DNA of 32,000 bases, from assembly GCA_942492995.1 (NCBI GenBank), contig OW818653.1, positions 1,710,001-1,742,000 on the forward strand. The letters are read 5' to 3'. Below are positions 18,014-26,276 of this stretch, in pieces; position 1 is the stretch's first letter, and every line of letters begins with the position of its first letter. A program made the translations under genes and the position numbers. The notes under the pieces were generated by a model, which saw only the letters and a program-made list of their open reading frames with translations, did not search any database and had not been told where the DNA came from. The stretch is from an uncultured Erysipelotrichaceae bacterium (GTDB taxonomy: Bacteria; Bacillota_I; Bacilli_A; Erysipelotrichales; Erysipelotrichaceae).

Positions 18014-18151
18014 ATGATAAACCTAACAATCTTACCTGTGCATCCAATTATCGAAACACTTAGTGCGTATAAAGTCCATTTGCTTATGATTGAGTTTGGG
18101 ATTATCCTTATATTATTCCTAATATCGCGTAAGAAGAGGAGACAAATATGA
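18014..18151 (+). CDS. Unannotated 45-aa single-TM peptide translationally coupled to the response regulator
   Basis: My hand translation is MINLTILPVHPIIETLSAYKVHLLMIEFGIILILFLISRKKRRQI. SD AAAGGAG lies 8 nt upstream. The stop TGA overlaps the response-regulator ATG (ATGA). It is too short to appear in the ORF track. Confidence 0.5.
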   Translation: MINLTILPVHPIIETLSAYKVHLLMIEFGIILILFLISRKKRRQI

Positions 18152-18819
18152 AATTATTACTCGTAGAAGATGAAAAAGATCTCTTAAATGCGTACCAAAA
18201 AGGACTAAAAGCGGAAGGGTATGGAATTGATGCGGCCGCAAGTGCGGAAGAAGCGTTAGATTTACTTTCCTATAATCAATATGACTGTATCGTATTGGAT
18301 TTAAACTTGCCTAAAATGAGTGGAATGGAACTACTCGAAAAGATACGTAAACAAGATGACCAAGTTAAGATTATGATCGTTAGTGCATTACACACGGTTG
18401 ATTGTAGAATTGAAGGATTGGATAAAGGAGCGAATGATTATTTAATTAAACCATTCGATTTCCAAGAGTTAAAGGCACGTTTACGTGCATTAAATCGTAG
18501 AGATTTCTCAGTTAAGCCAAATACACTTAAAGCAGGTGATTTTGAATTAGACCTTGCTTTACATCAAGTGAAATATAAAGATAAGATTATCGGATTAACC
18601 GTTAAAGAATACTCTATCTTCTCGTACATCTTTTTGAATCAAGATCACATTGTGAGTGCAGAAGAGATTCTAGAGAAATGTTGGAATGAAGCGGCAGATC
18701 CATTTACAGATGTTATGCGTGTACATATCTACGCATTACGTAAGAAAATTCATGAAATAACAGAGCGTGATGATGTGATATTAACAGTGAAAGGGGTCGG
18801 TTACCGACTAAATCCTTGA
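18148..18819 (+). CDS. OmpR/PhoB-family response regulator
   Basis: 223 aa. The receiver domain shows LLLVEDE, VLDLNLP and LIKPF. The winged-helix output domain shows TVKGVGYRL. Confidence 0.9.
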   Translation: MKLLLVEDEKDLLNAYQKGLKAEGYGIDAAASAEEALDLLSYNQYDCIVLDLNLPKMSGMELLEKIRKQDDQVKIMIVSALHTVDCRIEGLDKGANDYLIKPFDFQELKARLRALNRRDFSVKPNTLKAGDFELDLALHQVKYKDKIIGLTVKEYSIFSYIFLNQDHIVSAEEILEKCWNEAADPFTDVMRVHIYALRKKIHEITERDDVILTVKGVGYRLNP

Positions 18820-18820
18820 T

Positions 18821-19927
18821 ATGAAACGTAAAAGTATAAAGAAACAAGGGATTGTATACCTATCACTCATCGCATTTACCTTTGTATTGTTTATTGGTGT
18901 ATATGCAGTCATGACTTGGCCAGAAACACATATCGAAGAATCAATGATGGTTGCGGCTGATGAATTTAGAGCTGCGGAACCAATGTTAAAAGCTGCGCCA
19001 GAGACGACTATATTATCCATTGAACTAAATCCAACGACTAAATTTATAGGTTATATTTCATTCATTTCGCTAAGTTTATTGGCGATGTTAATGTATGGAT
19101 ATAAACGATTAATTGAACCAGTCTATCAATTAGGTAAATCAATTCGAGGTTATACAAACAATCGTATTGAGAATAAATATGATTTTGAAGAACTCGAAGA
19201 TATTCGTTCTTCATTTAATAGTGTCACAACGAAATTGAATTCTGCACTAAGTTATCAGAAACGCTTTAATGCGAGTATGGCACATGAATTAAAGACACCG
19301 TTATCGATTATTAAGACACATATTGATGTATTAAATGAACAAAAAGATAAAACGATTGATGATTATCAGAACACATTAGAAATTATCCAAAAAACGGTTC
19401 GTAAAATGAATGCGTTAGTTGAAACATTACTCGATAGTTCACAAGAAGGATCCGATTCATTGAATGATGTGATTAGTGTAGAAGAACTCGTTATGGATGT
19501 TGTGGATGATTTAACGGTATTAGCGAATGATAAACACGTTGAATTAAGTTATAACGTTACGAATACACCAACTTCCTATGGGAATCAGGTACTAATGTAT
19601 CGAGCATTGTATAATTTAATCGAAAATGCGATAAAATATAATAAACCAGGTGGTAGAGTCCATGTCACATCAGAATTTGATGATAAAGCGTATATAATAC
19701 GCGTTAGTGATGATGGTGTAGGGATACCTGAACAAGACTTAGAACGGATATTTGAGCCGTTCTATCGTAGTCGTAAAGAAAATACGGATGGTTTGGGTTT
19801 AGGTTTAGCGTTAGTACAAACCGTTGTACATATGCATAGTGGACAAGTTGTTGTGTTGAGTAAAGAGAATGAAGGATCTGTGTTTGAGATGCATCTTCCA
19901 TATTTAAGTAAAGGGGATAATGTTTAA
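18821..19927 (+). CDS. Sensor histidine kinase (HisKA/HATPase_c, two TM helices, short ~40-aa external loop)
   Basis: 368 aa. H-box SMAHELKTPL, N-box LIENAIKYNKPGG, G1 DDGVGIP and G2 GLGLGLALV. The gene starts 1 nt after the response-regulator stop. Confidence 0.9.
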   Translation: MKRKSIKKQGIVYLSLIAFTFVLFIGVYAVMTWPETHIEESMMVAADEFRAAEPMLKAAPETTILSIELNPTTKFIGYISFISLSLLAMLMYGYKRLIEPVYQLGKSIRGYTNNRIENKYDFEELEDIRSSFNSVTTKLNSALSYQKRFNASMAHELKTPLSIIKTHIDVLNEQKDKTIDDYQNTLEIIQKTVRKMNALVETLLDSSQEGSDSLNDVISVEELVMDVVDDLTVLANDKHVELSYNVTNTPTSYGNQVLMYRALYNLIENAIKYNKPGGRVHVTSEFDDKAYIIRVSDDGVGIPEQDLERIFEPFYRSRKENTDGLGLGLALVQTVVHMHSGQVVVLSKENEGSVFEMHLPYLSKGDNV

Positions 19928-20484
19928 TGAATGTTTATGATTTCGATAAGACAATCTATAAAGATGATAGTTCAAAAGATTTTTATCTGTTCAATTTAAA
20001 AAAGAATCCATTTATCTTAAGATATGGAATACGTCAACTAATCGCATTTCTAGGGTATTCGATGCATCTTATTACTAAAACAGAGATGAAGACAGTTATC
20101 TATACCTACTTTAGAAGTATTAAAGATATGGATAAAAGAGTATTGGAATTCTGGGATAAACATGAACATAATGTGTTTGAATATTACTTCTTACAGAAAC
20201 ATCCTACCGATGTGATTATATCCGCATCCCCTGAATTTATGTTAAAACCGATTTGTGATAAATGGGGAGTAAACTTAATCGCATCAATTGTGGATAAAAA
20301 GTCAGGATTTTCGAAAGAGAATTGTTACGGTGAAGAGAAAGTTAAACGTTTTAGAGAACTTTATCCGGATGCACATGTGAATTCATTCTATTCGGATTCA
20401 TTATCAGACACTCCAATGGCTAAACTTGCGGATGAAAGTTTCTTAGTCACAATCGATGGAATTATACCTTGGCCTAAAAGCTAA
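19927..20484 (+). CDS. HAD-superfamily hydrolase (HAD-IB-like phosphatase)
   Basis: 185 aa. Motif I is VYDFDKTIY (DxD), with a C-terminal YSDSLSDTPM (motif IV-like). The start overlaps the kinase stop (TAATG). Confidence 0.7.
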   Translation: MNVYDFDKTIYKDDSSKDFYLFNLKKNPFILRYGIRQLIAFLGYSMHLITKTEMKTVIYTYFRSIKDMDKRVLEFWDKHEHNVFEYYFLQKHPTDVIISASPEFMLKPICDKWGVNLIASIVDKKSGFSKENCYGEEKVKRFRELYPDAHVNSFYSDSLSDTPMAKLADESFLVTIDGIIPWPKS

Positions 20485-20493
20485 GGTTTTTTT
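20467..20493 (+). terminator. Rho-independent terminator overlapping the HAD gene stop
   Basis: Stem CCTTGGC / GCTAAGG (7 bp including one G-U, 6-nt loop) followed by T7. Confidence 0.7.
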
Positions 20494-20527
20494 AAGGGAA
20501 ATTAATCGAGTAATCATATGTATTAAT

Positions 20528-21631
20528 ATGAACATAAAATGTGAACGATGTGGATGTGAAGAGCTAAAGTACTTTGTGAATCTTAATGGCCGTATGCAAT
20601 GTCGACGTTGTATACAGTACCAAGGTTTAGAAGGATCGGTTCTTTATTACGATGATTCAGTAGAAACTGAAATGAGTTATCAGTTAACAGATTCGCAAAA
20701 AGAATGTTCAAAGAAGATATTAGAAGAAAGTCGTAGTAGAGATGTATTAGTATATGCGATATGTGGAGCTGGTAAAACGGAGTTAGTGTTGGAATCGATT
20801 CAATATGCATTAGAACATAAACAGAAAGTTGGCATTGCGGTTGCACGTCGACAGGTAGTGCTTCAACTCTACGAAAGATTAAAGAAGATATTTACATCGA
20901 TAAAGGTAGTAGCGGTGTGTGAGGGGCATACAGATGACTGTGAGGGGCACTTAATCATTTCTACTACACATCAATTATTTAGATTCCACAAAATGTTCGA
21001 TTTACTCATTCTGGATGAACCAGATGCTTTTCCATTTTGTAGTGATGATACACTTCAAGGATTTGCACGTCAATCGGTTAAAGGACATACCATCTACTTA
21101 ACTGCGACACCGAGTGATGAACTAGTTAATGATGTTAAGAACGGAAAAATATCAGAAGTTCGTTTATTTAGACGGCCGCATGATCATGGATTGGTAATTC
21201 CGGTATGTAAGTACATTCCCTTGTATGGCCAATTTGTATATCTGAAACATTGGTTGAAGAAATTCGAAGAATCATGTTTGATCTTTGTGCCAAGTATAAA
21301 ACTAGGGAATCAATTATCAACCTATCTTGGGATACCATTTGTTTATGCTGGATATTCGAAATTAGATGAATCTATTAAATTGTTCAAAGAAAATTCAGGA
21401 AGTAGATTAATCTGTACAACTGTGCTAGAGCGAGGTGTAACGTTCGAGAATGTTCAAGTGGCGGTTGTATATGCGAACCATACTGTATTTAATCTTGCGA
21501 GTTTAACACAGATATCCGGAAGAGTAGGTAGAAGTATGAACTATCCAAATGGTAGAGTGCTTTTTCTTTGTACAGAACGAAAGGCAGATGTGACCCAATG
21601 CGTAGAGATACAAATACAGGCGAATGTTTAG
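20528..21631 (+). CDS. comFA: Competence protein ComFA (DEAD-like helicase/DNA translocase)
   Basis: N-terminal Cys4 motif CERCGC...CRRC, Walker A AICGAGKTE and DEAD-like LILDEPD, with ComFC immediately downstream. I chose ATG 20528 (MNIKCERCG). The track start at 20456 lies inside the HAD gene and its terminator. No clear SD. Confidence 0.8.
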   Translation: MNIKCERCGCEELKYFVNLNGRMQCRRCIQYQGLEGSVLYYDDSVETEMSYQLTDSQKECSKKILEESRSRDVLVYAICGAGKTELVLESIQYALEHKQKVGIAVARRQVVLQLYERLKKIFTSIKVVAVCEGHTDDCEGHLIISTTHQLFRFHKMFDLLILDEPDAFPFCSDDTLQGFARQSVKGHTIYLTATPSDELVNDVKNGKISEVRLFRRPHDHGLVIPVCKYIPLYGQFVYLKHWLKKFEESCLIFVPSIKLGNQLSTYLGIPFVYAGYSKLDESIKLFKENSGSRLICTTVLERGVTFENVQVAVVYANHTVFNLASLTQISGRVGRSMNYPNGRVLFLCTERKADVTQCVEIQIQANV

Positions 21632-22251
21632 TCTGTTTTAGACCTGTAATTAAAGGGCTAGATTTATATGAACTTATTACAAAAAAAGATATCTTATGCG
21701 GAAATTGTCGTAAGAAACTGATTCGATTAGATCGAGTAGTTGATGTGAATGGATTAAAGGTACATGCGTTATATCAATATAATGATGTCTTAGAGAAGTG
21801 GATGTATCAAATAAAAGAGTCGAAAGATGAAACTTTGGGGAAATGTTTCATGTATGGCTTGTCAAACAAGATTAATAAAGCGTATCGTGAATATGTTCTT
21901 GTGCCCGTGCCTTCATCCATCGAGAAGACAGAGGAACGAGGATTTCATGCCGTACATAAAATGTTTGCGTCAATCGATTGTGTTAAGTTAGATTGTTTAA
22001 TCAAAGATGATATTAAACAAAGTAAACTTAATCGGTATGAGCGCCAACATGTAAGTTCCGCAATTCATCTGATAGATAACTCAGCAAAACAAATTCCCAA
22101 ACTATTAATTGTGGATGATGTTTGTACAACTGGGGCTAGTCTAAAAGCATGCGTAGACTTATTACAAACAGATCATAATCAAATTAAGATTTGTGTTATT
22201 GCGATACATGAAATGTGGATAAAGAATTGTTCTATGAAAAAAGTATTTTAA
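21598..22251 (+). CDS. comFC: ComFC (ComF family phosphoribosyltransferase-like protein)
   Basis: N-terminal CLVC...CGNC zinc-finger-like motifs and the PRTase motif LLIVDDVCTTGASL. The start is uncertain: ATG 21598 or TTG 21568. Either choice overlaps the comFA 3' end. Confidence 0.8.
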   Translation: MRRDTNTGECLVCFRPVIKGLDLYELITKKDILCGNCRKKLIRLDRVVDVNGLKVHALYQYNDVLEKWMYQIKESKDETLGKCFMYGLSNKINKAYREYVLVPVPSSIEKTEERGFHAVHKMFASIDCVKLDCLIKDDIKQSKLNRYERQHVSSAIHLIDNSAKQIPKLLIVDDVCTTGASLKACVDLLQTDHNQIKICVIAIHEMWIKNCSMKKVF

Positions 22252-22269
22252 ACCAACTGGTTGTATTTC

Positions 22270-22297
22270 TTGCATTTTTCTTTTTTCGTGTTATTAT
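22270..22297 (+). promoter_or_regulatory. Promoter of the cold-shock protein gene
   Basis: TTGCAT (22270-22275), 16-nt spacer, extended -10 TGTTATTAT (22289-22297). Confidence 0.6.
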
Positions 22298-22348
22298 GTA
22301 CCTAGTAGTGCATAGATTCATTACGGGAAAGGCATAGGATTTTAGTAA

Positions 22349-22546
22349 ATGCAAGGAAAAGTTAAGAAGTTTAACAAAGAAAAAGGGTTTGGATTCATCA
22401 AATTAGCAGATGATAAAGATGTATTCTTCCACTATTCTGAGTTGAAAATGGATGGTTTCAAAACTGTTGAAGAAGGCGCAGACGTCGAATTCGATATGGT
22501 TGAAACTGATCGCGGATTTCAAGCTCGCAACATCGTTAAAATTTAA
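22349..22546 (+). CDS. Cold-shock protein (CspA family)
   Basis: 65 aa. RNP1 KGFGFI and RNP2 VFFHYS. Confidence 0.95.
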   Translation: MQGKVKKFNKEKGFGFIKLADDKDVFFHYSELKMDGFKTVEEGADVEFDMVETDRGFQARNIVKI

Positions 22547-22552
22547 CTAACA

Positions 22553-22577
22553 AAAAGGTTGGCTTGCCAACCTTTTT
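22553..22577 (+). terminator. Rho-independent terminator of csp
   Basis: Stem AAAAGGTTGG / CCAACCTTTT (~10 bp) followed by a T-run. Confidence 0.9.
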
Positions 22578-22603
22578 CATTGTCTTTTTTCATAAACCAA
22601 ATA

Positions 22604-22612
22604 TGTTACAAT
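22604..22612 (+). promoter_or_regulatory. Extended -10 promoter for secA-prfB
   Basis: TGTTACAAT lies ~25 nt upstream of the secA ATG. The -35 is poor. Confidence 0.5.
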
Positions 22613-22637
22613 ATCGATGGATACTGGAGGCTTTTGA

Positions 22638-24980
22638 ATGAATATTCTAGAAAAATTATTCAATGGAGATAAGAAGAGACTTGAAGAAATTCGAGTAATT
22701 GCACTTAAGGTTGATGCCTTAAAAGATGTGACGGCTTCATTGGACGATAACCAACTTAAACAAAAAACTGAAGAATTTAAAGAACGCATTCGTGTAGGAG
22801 AATCATTAGATGATTTACTACCTGAAGCATTCGCTGTAGCGCGTGAAGCTGCACGACGTGTAATTGGAGAATACCCTTACTTAGTACAAATTATGGGGGG
22901 TGTTGTTTTACATCAAGGTGATATCGCAGAAATGAAGACTGGGGAAGGTAAGACATTAACGTCTGTTCTACCAGTGTATTTAAATGCGTTATCCGGTAAA
23001 GGTGTACATGTTGTTACAGTGAATGAATATTTAGCAGGACGTGATGCGAAATGGATGGGGTCGATCCATCAATTTTTAGGGTTAACGGTCGGATTAAATG
23101 TTCGTACATTAACACCAGCTCAAAAGAGAGCTGAATACAATTGTGATATTACCTATACGACAAACTCTGAAACAGGCTTTGATTATCTTCGTGATAATAT
23201 GGTTACGAATGTTAAGGATCGTGTTTTAAGAGATTTAAATATGGCTTTAGTCGATGAAGTGGATTCAATCTTAATTGATGAATCACGTACACCTCTTATT
23301 ATTTCAGGCGGGCAGAAACAAACCGCTCAACTTTATATTCAAGCAGATCGTTTCGTTAAGACTCTAGTTAAAGATGAAGGATTTGTATTGGATGTTAAAA
23401 CTAAGAGTGCACAATTAACTGAACTTGGGGTAACTCAAGCTGAAAAAGCATTTAGAGTTAGTAACTTATACGAAATCAGTCATACGCATTTAGTACATCA
23501 CTTACATCAAGCTCTAAAAGCGAATTATGCGATGGATCGTGATGTTGAATACGTTGTGCAAGATAATGAAATCGTAATAGTCGATTCATTTACAGGTCGT
23601 TTAATGAAAGGCCGTCAATATTCTGATGGTCTACATCAAGCGATTGAAGCGAAGGAAAATGTTCCAATTAAACAGGAAACTTCCACAATGGCTACGATTA
23701 CCTATCAAAACTATTTCCGTCTATACGGTAAATTATGTGGTATGACAGGTACAGCTAAAACTGAAGAAGAAGAATTCTTAACAATCTATAATATGCGTGT
23801 TGTGGAAATTCCAACAAATCGTCCGGTTGTTCGTCAAGATTTACCGGATGCGATTTTCGGTACACAAAAAGCGAAGTTTCAAGCACTTATGGCTGAAATC
23901 AAAGAAAGACATGAAAAAGGACAACCTGTTCTTGTTGGGACCATTGCGGTTGAAACAAGTGAATTCATTTCTAAGATGTTAACTCAGAATAAGATTCGTC
24001 ATGAAGTATTAAATGCGAAGAACCATGCGCGTGAAGCTGAAATTATTGCGAAGGCTGGACATAAAGGTTCAATTACCATCGCAACTAATATGGCAGGTCG
24101 TGGTACAGATATTAAACTGGGTGAAGGTGTTAGAGAACTCGGTGGATTAGCAGTCCTAGGTAGTGAACGTCATGAATCACGTCGTATTGATAATCAATTA
24201 AGAGGTCGTTCAGGTCGTCAAGGTGATCCTGGATATTCACGTTTCTATGTATCAGTACAAGATGAACTAATGGTTCGTTTCGGTAGTGATCGTTATCGTG
24301 CAATCTTTGATCGTTTAGGTGATGAAGCTGTTGAATCTACATTAGTTACTAAATCAATCACAAGTGCTCAACGTCGTGTTGAGGGTGTTAACTTCGATGT
24401 TCGTAAGACATTGTTAGAGTATGATGATGTTCTTCGTCAACAACGTGAAACCATCTATAATCAACGTGATTATATTCTTGAACATCAAGATGTTCATGAA
24501 TTAATTCGTGAAATGTTTGACCGTGTTATTGAAAATCTAGTAAAAGCTCATGTAGAACTTAAAAATCGTCAAGAAGAAGTGAATGTGGAAGGATTACTAA
24601 CCGCATTAGCCGCAAATCATTTTGTCGATATTACACTTAATGAGTCCGATATAAAAGGTAAGAGTGTACAAGATGTTATTGACCATGCGAAACAATTAGC
24701 ATGGAACAGTTATGAAGCTAAGATTGAACCATTTAAAACACATGGTTTATCCCTTGAAAAGAACATTGTTCTATCAATTGTGGATCGCTCATGGCAAGAA
24801 CATATTGATACAATGTCTAAATTAAGAGAAGGTATCCATTTACGTTCATACGCTCAGAATAAACCTCTTCAAGCTTATGTGGCTGAGGGTTATGAACTCT
24901 TTGAAGATATGTTACAACGTATCTCACAAGAAGTTGTTAGTTTCTGTTTACGTATGAAAGTTGAAGTGAGGAATAAATAA
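22638..24980 (+). CDS. secA: Preprotein translocase ATPase SecA
   Basis: 780 aa. Walker A MKTGEGKTL, DEVDSILIDE and LRGRSGRQGDPG. The protein ends ...CLRMKVEVRNK without a Cys-rich C-terminal tail. Confidence 0.95.
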   Translation: MNILEKLFNGDKKRLEEIRVIALKVDALKDVTASLDDNQLKQKTEEFKERIRVGESLDDLLPEAFAVAREAARRVIGEYPYLVQIMGGVVLHQGDIAEMKTGEGKTLTSVLPVYLNALSGKGVHVVTVNEYLAGRDAKWMGSIHQFLGLTVGLNVRTLTPAQKRAEYNCDITYTTNSETGFDYLRDNMVTNVKDRVLRDLNMALVDEVDSILIDESRTPLIISGGQKQTAQLYIQADRFVKTLVKDEGFVLDVKTKSAQLTELGVTQAEKAFRVSNLYEISHTHLVHHLHQALKANYAMDRDVEYVVQDNEIVIVDSFTGRLMKGRQYSDGLHQAIEAKENVPIKQETSTMATITYQNYFRLYGKLCGMTGTAKTEEEEFLTIYNMRVVEIPTNRPVVRQDLPDAIFGTQKAKFQALMAEIKERHEKGQPVLVGTIAVETSEFISKMLTQNKIRHEVLNAKNHAREAEIIAKAGHKGSITIATNMAGRGTDIKLGEGVRELGGLAVLGSERHESRRIDNQLRGRSGRQGDPGYSRFYVSVQDELMVRFGSDRYRAIFDRLGDEAVESTLVTKSITSAQRRVEGVNFDVRKTLLEYDDVLRQQRETIYNQRDYILEHQDVHELIREMFDRVIENLVKAHVELKNRQEEVNVEGLLTALAANHFVDITLNESDIKGKSVQDVIDHAKQLAWNSYEAKIEPFKTHGLSLEKNIVLSIVDRSWQEHIDTMSKLREGIHLRSYAQNKPLQAYVAEGYELFEDMLQRISQEVVSFCLRMKVEVRNK

Positions 24981-26081
24981 TGGAAGTTTATGAGATGAAA
25001 CAATCGGTCAATGAGATCAAAGCCAAGTTAAAGCAGCTTGGCGACTCTCTTTGACTTACCAGGTAAACAAACACGAATCGATGAGATTGATCAATTAATG
25101 ATGTTAGACCATTTTTGGAATGATCGTAAAAAAGCACAAACGCTGATCAATGAAAAAAATGATCTTGTTAGTATAATTGATTCATACACAAAACTTAGTT
25201 CTCAATATTCATCCATGGATGAAACTGTTGAAGTGCTAAAAACAGAATTTGATGAAGAGATGATGGCAATGGTAGAAGAAGAAGTTCTAAGTGCACAAGA
25301 GGCATTTGAGAAGTTCGAAATTAAGATTCTACTATCTCATCCATACGATCATTCAAACGCAATCTTAGAATTACATCCAGGAGCCGGCGGAACGGAGTCA
25401 CAAGATTGGGCAGAAATGCTTTATCGTATGTATACACGTTATGCCGAACAAAAAGGATTTAAAGTAAAAGTATTGGATTATCAGACAGGTGATGAAGCGG
25501 GTATTAAGTCAGTATCGATTTTAATTGAAGGTGATATGGCGTATGGCTATCTGAAGGCAGAACGTGGTGTACATCGTTTAGTACGTATCTCACCATTTGA
25601 TTCATCAGGTCGAAGACATACATCTTTCTGTTCATTGGATGTTATGCCGGAATTCAATGAAGAAATTGAGATCGTGATTAATCCCGACGATATTATTCTA
25701 GAAGTACGACATGCGAGTGGAGCTGGTGGGCAAAACGTTAATAAAGTATCGTCAGCTGTTCGTTTAATTCATAAACCTACTGGAATTGTCGTAAACTGTC
25801 AAACAGAACGTTCACAATTAAATAATCGTGAGAATGCGATGAATATGTTAAAGAGTAAACTCTATCAATTAGAGATCGAAGCTCAAGAGGCTAGATTAGC
25901 TGGGATTAAAGGTGAACAGAAGTCCATTGAATGGGGTTCACAAATTCGTTCGTATACCTTTATGCCTTATACATTGGTTAAAGACCATCGTACTGGTGCA
26001 GAAGAAGGTAATGTTCAAAAGGTTATGGATGGATCGATTGATAACTTCATTTATGCTTATTTGAAACAACAAATATCTTAA
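24980..26081 (+). CDS. prfB: Peptide chain release factor 2, requires +1 programmed frameshift: join(24980..25051,25053..26081)
   Basis: Frame 0 from ATG 24980 gives 24 codons ([24 protein letters not shown]) and then TGA at 25052. The +1 frame continues DLPGKQTR... and carries the SPF (RISPFDS) and GGQ (GAGGQNVNK) motifs. Total length is ~366 aa. The ATG overlaps the secA stop (TAATG). Confidence 0.93.
25049..25055 (+). other. RF2 autoregulatory +1 frameshift site CTT TGA C
   Basis: The sequence is exactly CTTTGAC, with the in-frame TGA at 25052-25054. Confidence 0.9.
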
Positions 26082-26138
26082 TTTTTGATTGGTTGTTTGT
26101 GCTTTAAATGTACACTGATAATGTGTATAATGATTTAG

Positions 26139-26219
26139 ACAAGTTCGCTTGTTTAAGGCACTGACTTCCCCCCAAAATTAAACCAGTGCCTTATAAAATC
26201 ACCAGAAATGGTGATTTTT
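26139..26219 (+). ncRNA. Candidate small RNA or structured prfB 3'UTR: three hairpins, the middle one with a C6 loop, the last a terminator
   Basis: Hairpin 1 is ACAAG-TTCG-CTTGT (26139-26152). Hairpin 2 has a 10-bp stem TAAGGCACTG/CAGTGCCTTA (26154-26193) with the 20-nt loop ACTTCCCCCCAAAATTAAAC. Hairpin 3 is the terminator ATCACCA-GAAA-TGGTGAT plus a T-run (26195-26219). A TATAAT sits at 26126-26131 with a weak -35, TTTAAA. Confidence 0.25.
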
Positions 26220-26244
26220 CTATTATTTCACATAAAAATAAAAG

Positions 26245-26253
26245 TGCTATAAT
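26245..26253 (+). promoter_or_regulatory. Extended -10 promoter TGCTATAAT for the 181-aa hypothetical gene
   Basis: TGCTATAAT lies ~24 nt upstream of ATG 26277, downstream of the prfB-region terminator. Confidence 0.55.
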
Positions 26254-26276
26254 AAGGAAAAAGGGGGGTCCTTTTT

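Noticed and set aside
20456-20527. Longer N-termini offered by the ORF track for comFA (20456), comFC (21568, TTG), the HAAS-like protein (9230) and the small anchored protein (9990)
   Set aside because: The extensions overlap upstream genes or terminators and lack an SD. Internal ATGs have better SD spacing or give family-typical N-termini. comFC remains genuinely ambiguous.
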